Shown piece by piece: positions 8,729 to 19,017 of a stretch of DNA of 64,000 nucleotides. How positions within the stretch are numbered: the first letter of the stretch is position 1; every line of letters begins with the position of its first letter. Under the pieces are notes generated by a model that was not told the DNA's origin, searched no databases, and was given only the letters and a program-made list of their open reading frames with translations. The stretch is from positions 3,936,001 through 4,000,000 of the forward strand of contig OZ252098.1 of the NCBI GenBank assembly GCA_965248355.1, in the 5' to 3' direction. Made by a program: the position numbers and the translations under genes. Origin of the DNA: Candidatus Latescibacterota bacterium. Lineage in GTDB: Bacteria > Latescibacterota > UBA2968 > UBA8231.

Positions 8729-9610
8729 ATGACCGAACACGCCAACACATCGCGCTCGATCACCGCCGAAACGGTGGAGATGTCCCCCGACGAGAAGTAC
8801 CTCTTCGATCTGCTGGGGTTCCTGATCGTGCGGGACGCGCTGAGCGAAGAGCACCTGAAGCTGGCCAACGAGGCGATCGATTCCATGGAGCTCAACCCGA
8901 GCCCGGAGTACTTCGGCGAGTCCGTGGCCCTGCGGGGGAAGAACAGCTCGACGCGCCTCGGCAACAGCGAGAACCTGATGGAGCTGCCGCATCCCCACTG
9001 CGAGCCCTTCCGGGAGATGCTGGCCCACCCGAAGACCACGCCCCATCTCAACACCATCCTCGGGGAAGGCTGGCGCTTGGACCACGGCCCCGGCCTGATC
9101 GCCATGGACAAGGGATGCTCCGGGGGCATGCTGCACGGCAGCTTCGACAATGCCCCCTATTTCTACCGCGAGGGGAAGATCTTCACAGGGCTCTGCGTCA
9201 TCGAGTACCTGCTCGCCGACGAAGGTCCCGGCGACGGCGGCATCAGCGTCATCGCCGGCAGCCACAAGGCCAATCTCGCCTGCCCGGCGAAGATGCTCAG
9301 ATGGGAGCAGTACCAGGAATACGTGACCGAGATCAACGCCAAGGCCGGCGACGCCGTCATCTTCAGCGAGGCCTGCACCCACGGAACCCTCCCGTGGAAT
9401 GCCGACCACCAGCGCCGCGCCATCCTCTACAAGTACAACACCGGTCACATGGCGTGGGGCGGAGGCGGAATCCAGGGGCGGCGTCCCTCCTACTGGGACG
9501 AGCTCACCTCTCCGCAGCAGGCGGCCCTGCTCCTGCCCTCCCACCACTCCCGCAGACCCAAGCCGAGCAACGGGTATACCGGGCTCGCCGAGGTGGTCGA
9601 TTCGGTCTGA
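8729..9610 (+). CDS. PhyH-family Fe(II)/2OG oxygenase
   Basis: KYLFDLLGFL, RLDHG, GSHKAN, GDAVIFSEACTHGTLPW, RRA. Confidence 0.85.
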   Translation: MTEHANTSRSITAETVEMSPDEKYLFDLLGFLIVRDALSEEHLKLANEAIDSMELNPSPEYFGESVALRGKNSSTRLGNSENLMELPHPHCEPFREMLAHPKTTPHLNTILGEGWRLDHGPGLIAMDKGCSGGMLHGSFDNAPYFYREGKIFTGLCVIEYLLADEGPGDGGISVIAGSHKANLACPAKMLRWEQYQEYVTEINAKAGDAVIFSEACTHGTLPWNADHQRRAILYKYNTGHMAWGGGGIQGRRPSYWDELTSPQQAALLLPSHHSRRPKPSNGYTGLAEVVDSV

Positions 9611-9617
9611 GGACGGC

Positions 9618-10730
9618 ATGTACGACGTCATCGTCATCGGTGGCGGCGTCCTCGGCGCCGCCACCGCCTGGCACCTCGTCCTCGCCCAGACCCGGGTGCT
9701 CCTGCTCGACCGCGGCGACGAGGGACGCGCCACCGCCGCCGGGGCCGGGATCGTCTCCCCGGCCACCTACCGCGGCCACTCCGACATCTGGTACCGCTTC
9801 AGCCGGGCCGCGTACCGTCACCTCTCGACGCTGGTCCCCCAGCTCGAGGCCGAAGGAATCGGCACCGGGTTCTCCCACTGCGGGCTGCTGCTGGTGGCGG
9901 TCTCCGAAGACGAGTGCGGCCCCTTCGAGACCGCCTCGCAACGGATCCTCTCGCGCCCGGACCGGGGTTCCCCGGTCCGCGCCATCGACGCCGCGGAAGC
10001 CCGGGAGATGTTCCCGCCCCTCGCCGAATCCGCCCGGGCGCTGCACAACCCCGACGCCGCCCGCATCGACGGCCGCCTCCTGGCCCGCGCCCTGCTCGAG
10101 GCCGGCGAACGCCGCGGACTCGAGCGCCGGCAGGAGTCGGCCGACCGCCTCATTCTGGAAGGAAGCCGGATCGCCGGCGTCCTAAGCGGCGGCGACCGCA
10201 TATCCGCGGGAACCGTGGTCATCGCCGGCGGCGCCTGGTCCCGCCGCTTCTCGGACCAGCTCGGCCTCGACATCCCGGTGGCTCCCCAGCGCGGCCAGAT
10301 CATACACCTCGACCTCGGAGGCACCGACACCTTCTCCTGGCCGATCGTCAGCGCCTTCCGCGACCACTACCTGGTCCCCTGGCCCGACAGCCGCGTAGCC
10401 GCCGGCGCCACCCGCGAGACCGGCTCCGGCTTCGAGCCGAAGGCCACCGCCGCCGGGATCGTGGAGGTGTTGTCCGAAGCCTTGCGCGTCGCCCCCGGCC
10501 TGGCCGGCGCCTCCATCCGCGAGACCCGCGTCGGTCTGCGTCCGCTGTCGGCCGACGGCATGCCGGTGATGGGACCGGTCCCGGGATGGGAGGGCCTCTA
10601 CCTGAACACGGGTCACGGCGCCAGTGGGCTGCAGCTGGGGCCTTTCAGCGGACGGGTTGTCGCCGACGCCGCTCTCGGCAGGGAGCCGGGGTTCGACATC
10701 TCGCCGCTCGCGGTGGAGCGGTTCCTGTAA
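9618..10730 (+). CDS. FAD-dependent oxidoreductase (DAO/glycine oxidase family)
   Basis: VIGGGVLGA, AGAG, AGGAWS, PQRGQ, VGLRP, NTGHG..GL. Confidence 0.9.
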   Translation: MYDVIVIGGGVLGAATAWHLVLAQTRVLLLDRGDEGRATAAGAGIVSPATYRGHSDIWYRFSRAAYRHLSTLVPQLEAEGIGTGFSHCGLLLVAVSEDECGPFETASQRILSRPDRGSPVRAIDAAEAREMFPPLAESARALHNPDAARIDGRLLARALLEAGERRGLERRQESADRLILEGSRIAGVLSGGDRISAGTVVIAGGAWSRRFSDQLGLDIPVAPQRGQIIHLDLGGTDTFSWPIVSAFRDHYLVPWPDSRVAAGATRETGSGFEPKATAAGIVEVLSEALRVAPGLAGASIRETRVGLRPLSADGMPVMGPVPGWEGLYLNTGHGASGLQLGPFSGRVVADAALGREPGFDISPLAVERFL

Positions 10731-10815
10731 CGGTGGAGGGGGTGCATGCGCCAAGGCCCTGAAGGAGCTGGTTCCTCGAGCGGTCAAGCAAGCATGTGGC
10801 GGCCTCCCCTGACTG

Positions 10816-11463
10816 ATGAGATTGACGCTACGTCAGCCCAGGTCTACCGTGGTCTGTGGATGTGTCAAATGCGCGTTCCCAGTTGGTTCGCCAATGGGAA
10901 GGGAATCGCTTGCGATCTCTTCAGGCAGCGCGTCGTTGCAAAGAGCGATGATGGAGCTCGCCTTCGATCTGCTATGGGACTCTCAGCTATTTCCGATGCT
11001 CGTTGATGAGACCTGCTTCGCTGAACCTGAGCCGCCGTTGGGTGAAGATCGAGGAAAGGCGCGGCTTGCTGACATGCTGCGCGCGTCCTTCGACGCCGAG
11101 CCTCTTGAAGACGGGATGCATCATCCAGCCGAGCAGATCATTGAAGATGCCCTGCTTTCGAGGGAAAGCCAACGTGTTCTTGAGTGGTTGAGGCATCTCT
11201 CATTGGATGCTGTGAATCCACGCTTCTCCGCTGAGGTCCTGCGGTGTCTGGGTCGACAACGGCACCCTGGGACAGCATTGTGGCGTGCCGAACTCGTGCG
11301 TGATGGGTTGGCCATGGATAGTGCAGAGATCAGGGAGGCTGCGGTTCGAGCAGCAGAGCGGTGGGGCAACCCTCAGATGCGGAGTGTGCTGGAATCCCAT
11401 TCTGAGGTGGAGGCCTGGCTCGAGGAGTACATTTCCGACGTCATAGGCGACCTTGACGGGTAG
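10816..11463 (+). CDS. Hypothetical protein, helical/HEAT-like C-terminus; start uncertain
   Basis: Open frame in lower-GC DNA; REAAVRAAERWG segment. Confidence 0.5.
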   Translation: MRLTLRQPRSTVVCGCVKCAFPVGSPMGRESLAISSGSASLQRAMMELAFDLLWDSQLFPMLVDETCFAEPEPPLGEDRGKARLADMLRASFDAEPLEDGMHHPAEQIIEDALLSRESQRVLEWLRHLSLDAVNPRFSAEVLRCLGRQRHPGTALWRAELVRDGLAMDSAEIREAAVRAAERWGNPQMRSVLESHSEVEAWLEEYISDVIGDLDG

Positions 11464-11597
11464 GTGATCCCAGGTCGCGTAGACCTCTGAGCCGTCACCT
11501 GGCCCACGGGAGCTGATCTCACTCCCGGTGCCATGTACGACGCTATCCGCGCTTCAGGGAAGTGGATCCTCGAGTAGTCCGGGCTCCCCCACCAACA

Positions 11598-11935
11598 GCA
11601 CCCCCCCAGACCGGCGCTCCACCGGATCGAGTGGCGCCGGAGTTACCCCCGGCCCAGAACCACCCCCAGGCGCCACACGGTCCAGAAAGAGGGTGTGTGG
11701 GCGGTCCCCACCCCGGGCGGTGACGGCGGCGCAGGCCGAGCCGAGCGGCGCATTGCGCCGGGCCCGGGGTCAACAACCACCCACATCCAGCAGGCCCAGA
11801 GACCCGAGCGCAGCGAGGGGCTCGCCAGCCCCACGAATCCACCCCAGGCGATAGCCCCCACCAACCAGGCCCGGCGTACGCGCCGCCGAGGCACGGCCGG
11901 AGCCGCCGTCACCGCCCCCTGCCAGACCCCCCCCC
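11598..11935 (+). repeat. Dispersed repeat, copy F (full length, ~330 bp)
   Basis: Colinear with 20588-20915; ~55-bp imperfect inverted arms at about 11715-11770 and 11865-11917. Confidence 0.92.
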
Positions 11936-12856
11936 GTCACTTCTCGGCGACCAGCTTCACAGGCTTCCAGATTCCTCCGCCCCAGGGGCCGTAGTCGACG
12001 ACGCGAACGGCGATCGTGTTGTCCCGCCCCTCCGCGAGAAGCTCCGTGACGTCGATGCGGAATCGCTTCTTCCACGGATCGCCGAACGCGTATGCCCAGC
12101 CATCCATGTTGTGCTGCCCGGCCAGGTGGCCGTTGACGTACACTTCGGCTCCGTGTGCGACGGCCCCGAAGGCCAGGTAGATCTTCTTGCCCGCGGGCAG
12201 GGCCGGCGCGCGAAGTGTCTGGCGATACCAGCCGTACCCGTCGTAGGCGCGGTAACCGTGTTCATCCCACGGCAGGCCCGAGTCGATCAGGAGCCAGCCG
12301 CTGTCGTCGAACTCGTGTGCAGACCATCCCTTCCCAAGCCCGAGGTTGGCGCCGTCGGCCCGGAACCGCCATCGGCTGGACAGCTCCGTGAGCGGCGCGT
12401 GATCCGACCACAGGTCGCCGAAGGTGGCCTTCTCGTCATAGGGCACGAAGGCGAGTGGGTGTGGCGTTGGCGTCACGCCGTCTGGCGTGGAAGCGATGTC
12501 GGTGCGTCTGAGGTTGGTGTTTGCGCTTACCGGCTTGAATGCGATATAAGGGTCGGGGTTTCGCAAGGCAGGCGGATCGGGATGGGGTTGGCGGGCGGCG
12601 AGCAGGGCGTCCCGATAGCCTCGGGGGATGAACGTCCCGTGGGCACCCTTGTCCCACCAGTCACATCGATCGTTGTACACCCACACGTATTCGTCAGTGT
12701 GCCGCAGGGCCTGGTGAAGGGCGTACTCGAATTCTTCCGGGGTATAGTAGTTGCGGCCGGTCTTTTCCGAGGAGAAGTCGAAGGGCATCTGCGGGCTGAG
12801 GATCAGCGCAAAGGCCACCCGAAAGTGTTTGTCGAACTGCTCTTCCCGAACGCGGC

Positions 12857-14280
12857 GGCATTGTCCCGATCTTAGTTGAAATAGCACAGGCTCCCATCGT
12901 TACGTTTGATACGAGAAATCCCCAAGAAGCCTCGTATCGGTAACCCAAGGAGCCTGCCATGAGCAAGCTACAAGCACGGAAGAAGGGCGTCAAACGGACC
13001 GTGGCCATCGGCCCCGTGAACCGCCAAGCCACCGCGTCGATGGACGATCTGGAGACTCGCATCGAGGTCATCCAGCTGCTGATCCCTTTGGGTCTGCAGG
13101 CGGTCTCGGAGGAGCTGCAGCAGTCGGTCGAGGCCTTGGCCGGACCTCGGTATCAGCGCAAGGGTCCGGATCAGGCGTTGCGCCGCTGGGGGGCGCAGGC
13201 CGGGTCGGTGTACCTGGGCGATCAGAAACTGCCGGTCGAGGTGCCGCGCGTGCGCGATGTGGTCCGCGGCACCGAGGTCCCGCTGGAGGCCTATCAGGCC
13301 CTGCAGACGCCGAGGCAGATGGACCAGGGGCTGTTGTTGCGGGTGCTGAAGGGCCTGGCCACGCGCAACTACGAGGCCTGCGCCGAGACCGTCCCGCAAG
13401 CCTTCGGTCTGTCCCGTTCCTCGGTCTCTCGCCGGTACGTGAAAGGCACGGCGCGCAAGCTGGCCGAATTCCAGCAGCGATCCCTGGAAGGCTACGACCT
13501 GGTGGCGCTGTTTCTGGACGGCAAGAGCTTCGCCGACGAGGAGATCCTCATCGCCCTGGGTGTGACTCTGGAGGGCCAGAAGGTGCCCTTGGGCTTCGTG
13601 CAGGCGGCCACCGAGAACGAGCGCGTCTGTCGCCGCTTCCTGGCGGAGCTGGTCGAGCGGGGCCTGCAATACGAAGCCGGGCTGCTCGTGGTGATCGATG
13701 GAGGCCAGGGCCTGTACAAGGCGGTGCGGTCGGTGCTTCAAGGCCATGCCTGCGTGCAGCGATGCCAGTATCACAAGCGCCAGAACGTGGTCTCGTACCT
13801 GCCCAAGAGCGAGCAGGCCGGCCTTCGTCGAAAGCTGGAAGCGGCGTATGGGCACTCGACGTACGAGGAGGCCCAAGCCGCCCTGGAGGCGCTGAAACCG
13901 GGGTTGCAGTTGATGAACCAGTCGGCCCTGCGCAGCTTGGAGGAAGGCCAGCAAGAAACCCTCACGCTCCACCGCCTGGGCCTGATGCCGATGCTGAAGG
14001 CCTCCTTCCGTACCACCAACTGTATCGAGAACGTCAACAGTCTCCTGGAGCAGTTGACGCACAACGTGCGGCGCTGGACCAACTCGTCGCAGCGTCACCG
14101 CTGGGTCGCCACGGCGTTGCTTGACATCGAACCTCGCCTCCGCCGGGTCAACGGCTACCACCACCTGCCGATGCTCCGGCAAGCGCTCCAAGCCGAGCTC
14201 GGCATCCAGCAGCTCGCGATGACGGGCTGACTCATCCACTCGAGCCTGGGCTACGTTTCAACTGAGAATGGGACTTGCCC
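12857..14280 (+). mobile_element. IS256-family insertion sequence
   Basis: Imperfect terminal IRs (ggcattgtcccgatcttagttgaaa vs gggcaagtcccattctcagttgaaa on the opposite strand); 8-bp TSD aacgcggc at 12849-12856 and 14281-14288. Confidence 0.92.
12959..14230 (+). CDS. IS256-family transposase
   Basis: ALFLDGK, VVIDG, QRCQYHKRQNV, RTTNCIEN. Confidence 0.92.
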   Translation: MSKLQARKKGVKRTVAIGPVNRQATASMDDLETRIEVIQLLIPLGLQAVSEELQQSVEALAGPRYQRKGPDQALRRWGAQAGSVYLGDQKLPVEVPRVRDVVRGTEVPLEAYQALQTPRQMDQGLLLRVLKGLATRNYEACAETVPQAFGLSRSSVSRRYVKGTARKLAEFQQRSLEGYDLVALFLDGKSFADEEILIALGVTLEGQKVPLGFVQAATENERVCRRFLAELVERGLQYEAGLLVVIDGGQGLYKAVRSVLQGHACVQRCQYHKRQNVVSYLPKSEQAGLRRKLEAAYGHSTYEEAQAALEALKPGLQLMNQSALRSLEEGQQETLTLHRLGLMPMLKASFRTTNCIENVNSLLEQLTHNVRRWTNSSQRHRWVATALLDIEPRLRRVNGYHHLPMLRQALQAELGIQQLAMTG

Positions 14281-16286
14281 AACGCGGCTGAGGCTGCGGA
14301 GAGTCTGCTCGGCGAAGCGGCGGGCGGCGGCGAACGAGACGGGCGACCGGTAGTCGAGGCCCATCTGGCCGGTGATGCGCGCGTTGCCCGTGCACTCGGA
14401 GAGCAGGCCGTCGACGAAGGCCCGAAGCAGCGCGAAATGGGCGCCGTCGTCCCTGGCTCCGCGGGACTCGGCGGGGCCGTTGATGAAGACGATGTGAAGG
14501 TCGGGATGCACCTCGTTGATGGCGCGCATGATCTGGGCGCCGCGCTTGAAGGCCTGGTCGGCGTACTCGCGGGCTGTTCTTGTCTCTTCGTACTTCAGAC
14601 CCCCGTAAGTCCACAGGTTCGTGCCGTACCATGCCGAGTCGGAGAACAGGATGCCGGCCAGGCCCGTCCGTTTGCAAAAATCGGCGGCGACCTTCCAATT
14701 GTGCACGACCGCGTCGAACTCCGGGTCGAACCAGTCAGGTCCCACGATGCTCTTTTGGCCCGTGGTGAGGTAGGTCAGGAGGAAGTTGTCCTTGAACTGC
14801 TTCGCCCCGGCTTGAGCGGCCTGCACGTCGGCGATACCGACGGCCATGTCCTCGATTCGGAGCCGGTCCGTGCGGAAGAGCCGTCCGAGGGCCTCGGACT
14901 TCGTGCCGTCTTCGCGATGCAGCGCCGGGTAGAGGGTCACGCCGTCGAAGGCGGCCATCTCTTCCAGCCACCCGACGTCCTGGCGAAATCCACGGGGATT
15001 CCGGCGCCCGCTGCCGAACATGATGATCTTCTTCGACTCACTGATCGGACCACCCTCGAGAGCTGTGGCGGCCCCGGTCTCTCGGGGTGCGGCATACGCG
15101 GACAGCTTGCGGCGCTTCGGCAGCGCGGGGACCCGCCCGCGGACCCTCTCGAGGGCATCCCTGTAGGCCTGTGCGATGTATATGCCGTCTTCCTCCCGGT
15201 CCCACCACTGGCACTTTCCGTCCGTGTACACCCAGACGTACTCGTCGGTGTGCTCGAGCGCCTGGTAGAGGGAATACTCGAACTCCTCGGGCGTGTAATA
15301 GTACCCTTCCGCCTCTCCCCTCAGCAGGCCATCGACGTTCTCGTAGTCGCCGTCAAAGCTGTACTGCCTGTAGCCCCCGATGTAGAAGGGGAAGGCGACC
15401 CTGAAATGCCTCTCGAACTTCGCCGGTACGCGGCTGATGTCGCGCATGTCCTCTTTCATGAGGCGGCGCGCCGCGGCGTAGTCTGACGCCGAGCGAAATC
15501 CGTAGGCCCTCTCGTAGCCGTCGATGATCTGCGCCTGGCCCGTGCACTCCGAGAGCAGGCCATCGAAGAATGCCCGCATCAGTCCATACGCCGCGTCGAA
15601 GTCACCCAGTTGATCGCCATGCCCCTCGCCGGGACCGTGGAGGGACAGAATCTTGATGTCGGGGAACACCTGGTTTATCGCGCGCATGATCTGCGCCCCG
15701 CGCAAGAAAGCCTGGTCAGCGTATTCCTTCGCGCTCTTCGTACCGTGGTACTTGAGCCCAATGCCCCGGTACGTCCACAAATCGGCGCCGTAGTAGACCT
15801 CGTCGTCGAACATGATCCCCATCAGACCACTGCGTTTGCAGAAGTCGGCGGCGACCTTCCAATTGTGCACGACCGCGTCGAATTCCGGGTCGAACCAGTC
15901 GGGCGGATCGATGGCGGCGACGCCGGTGGTCAGGTGGGCCAGCAGGAAGTTGTGCTTGAAACGCGTCGCCTTGGCGCGCACGGCCTGCAGGTCGGCAATG
16001 GCCTCGCCGAAGTCCTCGATGTCGTGCCGCTCAGTCCGAAAGAGCCGGCCGATAACGTCGCTGCGCGCGCCGTGGAGGGCCTGCGGGGGATAGACCGCGA
16101 CACCGTCAAAGGCCCCCAGTTTTTCCATCCGTTCAATGTCCCGCAGCAGCGTGCTCGGGCGTCGATGGCCACCTCCCATCAGGATGATCTTCTTCGACGG
16201 ATCGATTGACTGGCCCTCAGCCTGTCCAAGGGTGTTTCCAAGACCCGCCACAGCCCACAACAACGCCATCGCCACCGGTCTCGTCT

Positions 16287-17489
16287 TCATGGTCGATCTC
16301 CGTCGAAGAAACCGGCATCCTCTTCGGACAGGTGCCGCTTCGCCTCCTCGACGACAAACTCCACCCCCAGTCCCGGGGAATCCCACACTGCGATATGGCC
16401 GTCGGCGACGATCGGGTCGGGCAGCCCGGTGACCATGTCGAGCCAGGACTCCTCGTACCCGCCCGGCATCTCGAAGGCGATGTAGTTCTGCGGCAGGGTG
16501 GCGGCGAGATGGACGTGGGCCGCCAGTCCGAAGAGCCCGTCGATCACTCCGTGGGGGGCCATCAGGATGCCGTGGAGGTCGGCGTACTCGGCGATCCACT
16601 TGGTCTCCGCTATCCCGCCGACATCGGCGGGGTCGGGGCCGACGACGTTCACCGCCTGCTTCTCGAAGAGCTCCTTGAAATGCTGCCGCAGGTAGATCTG
16701 CTCCCCGGTGTGGATCGGCGTCGAGGTGCTGCGCGTCACCTCCCGGTAGAGGTCGGGGAGCACGTACGGGACGTAATCGCCGGTGATCATGTCCTCGAGC
16801 CACATCAGGTTCAGCGGCTCCACGGCCCGGGCCAGCCGTATCGAGTCGGGGACCGTCATTCCCGGACCGCAGTCGAGGGCGAGGCCGACCTCGTCTCCCA
16901 GCTCCTCCTTCATCGCCTCGGCGCAGGCGATCACGTGCTTCAGGCCCCGCTCCGTCAGCGGGCCCCGGTTGGCGTGCCAGCGGCCGCCCGAGCTCTCCCC
17001 GTAGAAGAAGCCGGGGACGTTCGCGGGCATGCCGCTGTGGAAGGAGACGCCCATCTTGAACAGGGTGAACCCCTGCGGCAGCTCCCTGGCGGCGCGGGCG
17101 GCGGCGGCGTACTCCTCGGGCCGGGAGCCCGTTACCGGAACCGGAGAGCCGGTCAGGTAGACCCGCACCCGGTCGCGGATCTTGCCGCCGAGCAGCTTGT
17201 ACACCGGAACCCCTGCGGCCTTGCCGGCGATGTCCCAGAGCGCCATCTCGATGGCGCTGACGGCACTGCCCCAGGGCTTGAATCCGCCGAGCCGTCGGAT
17301 GCCGAGCATGACGCGCTCGACGTCGGTCGGGTCCATGCCGAGAACGAGGTCGCGATAGAAGAGGACGTGGGGCTTGAGGTAGGACTTGGAGGACTCCACC
17401 TGCCCCGTGCCGACGATCCCCTCGTCCGTGAGGATGCGGACGATGGGATGGCGGCCGATGACGGCGCACTTCAGATCGACAATCTTCAT
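16287..17489 (-). CDS. Mandelate racemase/muconate lactonizing enzyme family protein
   Basis: SAIEMALWDIAGK...YKLLGG, ALDCG, WLED, TGE; TGA overlaps the next ATG. Confidence 0.9.
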   Translation of the reverse strand: MKIVDLKCAVIGRHPIVRILTDEGIVGTGQVESSKSYLKPHVLFYRDLVLGMDPTDVERVMLGIRRLGGFKPWGSAVSAIEMALWDIAGKAAGVPVYKLLGGKIRDRVRVYLTGSPVPVTGSRPEEYAAAARAARELPQGFTLFKMGVSFHSGMPANVPGFFYGESSGGRWHANRGPLTERGLKHVIACAEAMKEELGDEVGLALDCGPGMTVPDSIRLARAVEPLNLMWLEDMITGDYVPYVLPDLYREVTRSTSTPIHTGEQIYLRQHFKELFEKQAVNVVGPDPADVGGIAETKWIAEYADLHGILMAPHGVIDGLFGLAAHVHLAATLPQNYIAFEMPGGYEESWLDMVTGLPDPIVADGHIAVWDSPGLGVEFVVEEAKRHLSEEDAGFFDGDRP

Positions 17490-18397
17490 GACAGCCTCTG
17501 GGCGACCTCCACCGGGAGGCCGTCTCCTGCGTCGAGGGTGATGGACCGGATGGGCACGCCCAGAGCGAGATCGCGCTCCCCAGGCGGCGTGTCGTGGGCG
17601 ATCTCCCCGGCAAGGGCGTCCACGTCGTCGGTCCAGAGCCCGAACGACCCCACGACGCCGCGGCCAAGACCGTCGGCGTTCCCGCCGTCTTTCCGCCCAC
17701 GCAGCTCAATGTCGCACATGCCAGCGACGAAGACGTACCCCTCGTGCGTGTCGCTGTCCGAGTGGTCGATAGCGCGCAGCCCCAGCTCATCCCCGTACAA
17801 CCCCTTCCCCCTGGCGATGTCCGGGCACTCCATGGCCATGTGATCGAAACCCTTGAGGAGGCCGCCGGCGGAGAGATTGGCGATCCGCTGCTTCTCCCGC
17901 CGCCTCTCCTGGTTGTGCAGCCTCGGGTCCACGATCTCGGAGATCTGGATGGGGAAGCCGTTCGGATCGACGAACTCCAGCAGGCTCCTCTGCATGTAGG
18001 CGTGGTCCATCGGCTGGACGATGGGGCCGTCCTTCGTGGCGCGGACCCTGTTGGACGCGAAGAAGCCCTCGAGGTGGGAGAAGGCATGGTAGTTGCCCTC
18101 GACGAAGAAGGACCAGTGTCCGACCGAGCCATAGGCCTGCCCCGTCCTCTCGCCCTCGGACGACACCAGCATGGGGGCGGCCTCGTCCTCGTGCAGAACC
18201 AGGAAAGAGTCGCCGACCTGGAGGACGGCTTCGCGTTCGCCGCTCTCGGCGGCGGCGCCATCCACCCATTCGCCCTTCTCGTTCTGCACAGCCGTGGTGT
18301 TCTGAAGCTCGGTGAGGCCGAGGTGCTTGCCGTAGACCTCCCGGCACTCGTCCCAGACCCGCGTCCGCATCTCGATGTAGGCGATGCCTGTAATCAT
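17486..18397 (-). CDS. VOC/glyoxalase-family protein (two domains)
   Basis: ITGIAYI...YG..LGL, FVDPNG..IQI, second domain FDHMA...YGDELGL. Confidence 0.7.
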   Translation of the reverse strand: MITGIAYIEMRTRVWDECREVYGKHLGLTELQNTTAVQNEKGEWVDGAAAESGEREAVLQVGDSFLVLHEDEAAPMLVSSEGERTGQAYGSVGHWSFFVEGNYHAFSHLEGFFASNRVRATKDGPIVQPMDHAYMQRSLLEFVDPNGFPIQISEIVDPRLHNQERRREKQRIANLSAGGLLKGFDHMAMECPDIARGKGLYGDELGLRAIDHSDSDTHEGYVFVAGMCDIELRGRKDGGNADGLGRGVVGSFGLWTDDVDALAGEIAHDTPPGERDLALGVPIRSITLDAGDGLPVEVAQRLS

Positions 18398-18536
18398 GGG
18401 GGCCGATTGTAGGGTCAGCGGGCGTGCAGCACAATCCGAGGGCGGTCGCCTCAGAACCAGGCCACTCGGTCCAAAGAGGGGTGGTCTCCGGGAACTTCCA
18501 GGCCCTACGGCTTCGCGACAGAGTGCGGGGGCGCGT

Positions 18537-19013
18537 TCATCTTTCGCACAAGTCGCGGCGTCGAAGCAGTTTCTTGTGGGTATCCGTGAAGCGTTTGGTC
18601 CTGCGTGTAGTGTAGATTTTGCCCGGCGGATTGCTTACTAACTGTCTGTTATGGAAGTCCTCACAGAGCCTCTTCTTCCTCTCACTGCTCTCATTGGTAT
18701 ACAGTAGACGGGCACCGCTGACTTGGGCCAAGGCAATGATGTGGGAATCATCAGAAACGCACTCAGCCTTGATCTCCCGCGCCCTGGCATTGACTTGATC
18801 TGCGTTCACGAATTTCAATCTCCCCGCTTCTCCCAACGTACTTGCCCACTCCCTGAACTCTGGCGAGCCTCTCTGAAGCTCCCGAAGCAGCTTCCCACCG
18901 ACTACCAAGCGTCCTGCTGCTGCGTTGATCCAACCATAGAACTTCTCTCCTGCCGGAGACTGCCTGGGGCCGAAGACTTCATTGGCCACATTCGCATCAA
19001 CAATTGCACACAT
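18537..19013 (-). CDS. PIN-like domain protein
   Basis: IVDANV N-terminal strand, SDDSHIIALA, LLYTNE; 4 nt downstream of the ATPase. Confidence 0.6.
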   Translation of the reverse strand: MCAIVDANVANEVFGPRQSPAGEKFYGWINAAAGRLVVGGKLLRELQRGSPEFREWASTLGEAGRLKFVNADQVNARAREIKAECVSDDSHIIALAQVSGARLLYTNESSERKKRLCEDFHNRQLVSNPPGKIYTTRRTKRFTDTHKKLLRRRDLCER

Positions 19014-19017
19014 CCCC

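Larger units (their letters stand above)
11937..16290 (-). pseudogene. Secreted protein with two tandem homologous domains plus C-terminal GH2-type sugar-binding domain, interrupted by IS256
   Basis: Signal-like MKTRPVAMALLWAVAG at 16290; removing IS plus one TSD gives 2922 nt (974 codons) with in-frame junction SLSRV|REEQFDKHFRVAF; C-terminal WRF..D, YDGYGWYR, VYVNG, GGIWKPV. Confidence 0.8.

Noticed and set aside
12968..14239. Long antisense or shadow ORFs (also 23258-25306, 30978-32837, 32132-34459, 43672-45153, 50526-52400)
   Set aside because: They mirror recognisable genes on the other strand; expected from stop-codon scarcity at high GC
14251..18261. 1336-aa ORF as one protein
   Set aside because: The first ~657 codons are an alternative frame over the VOC and enolase genes; the real start is the ATG at 16290
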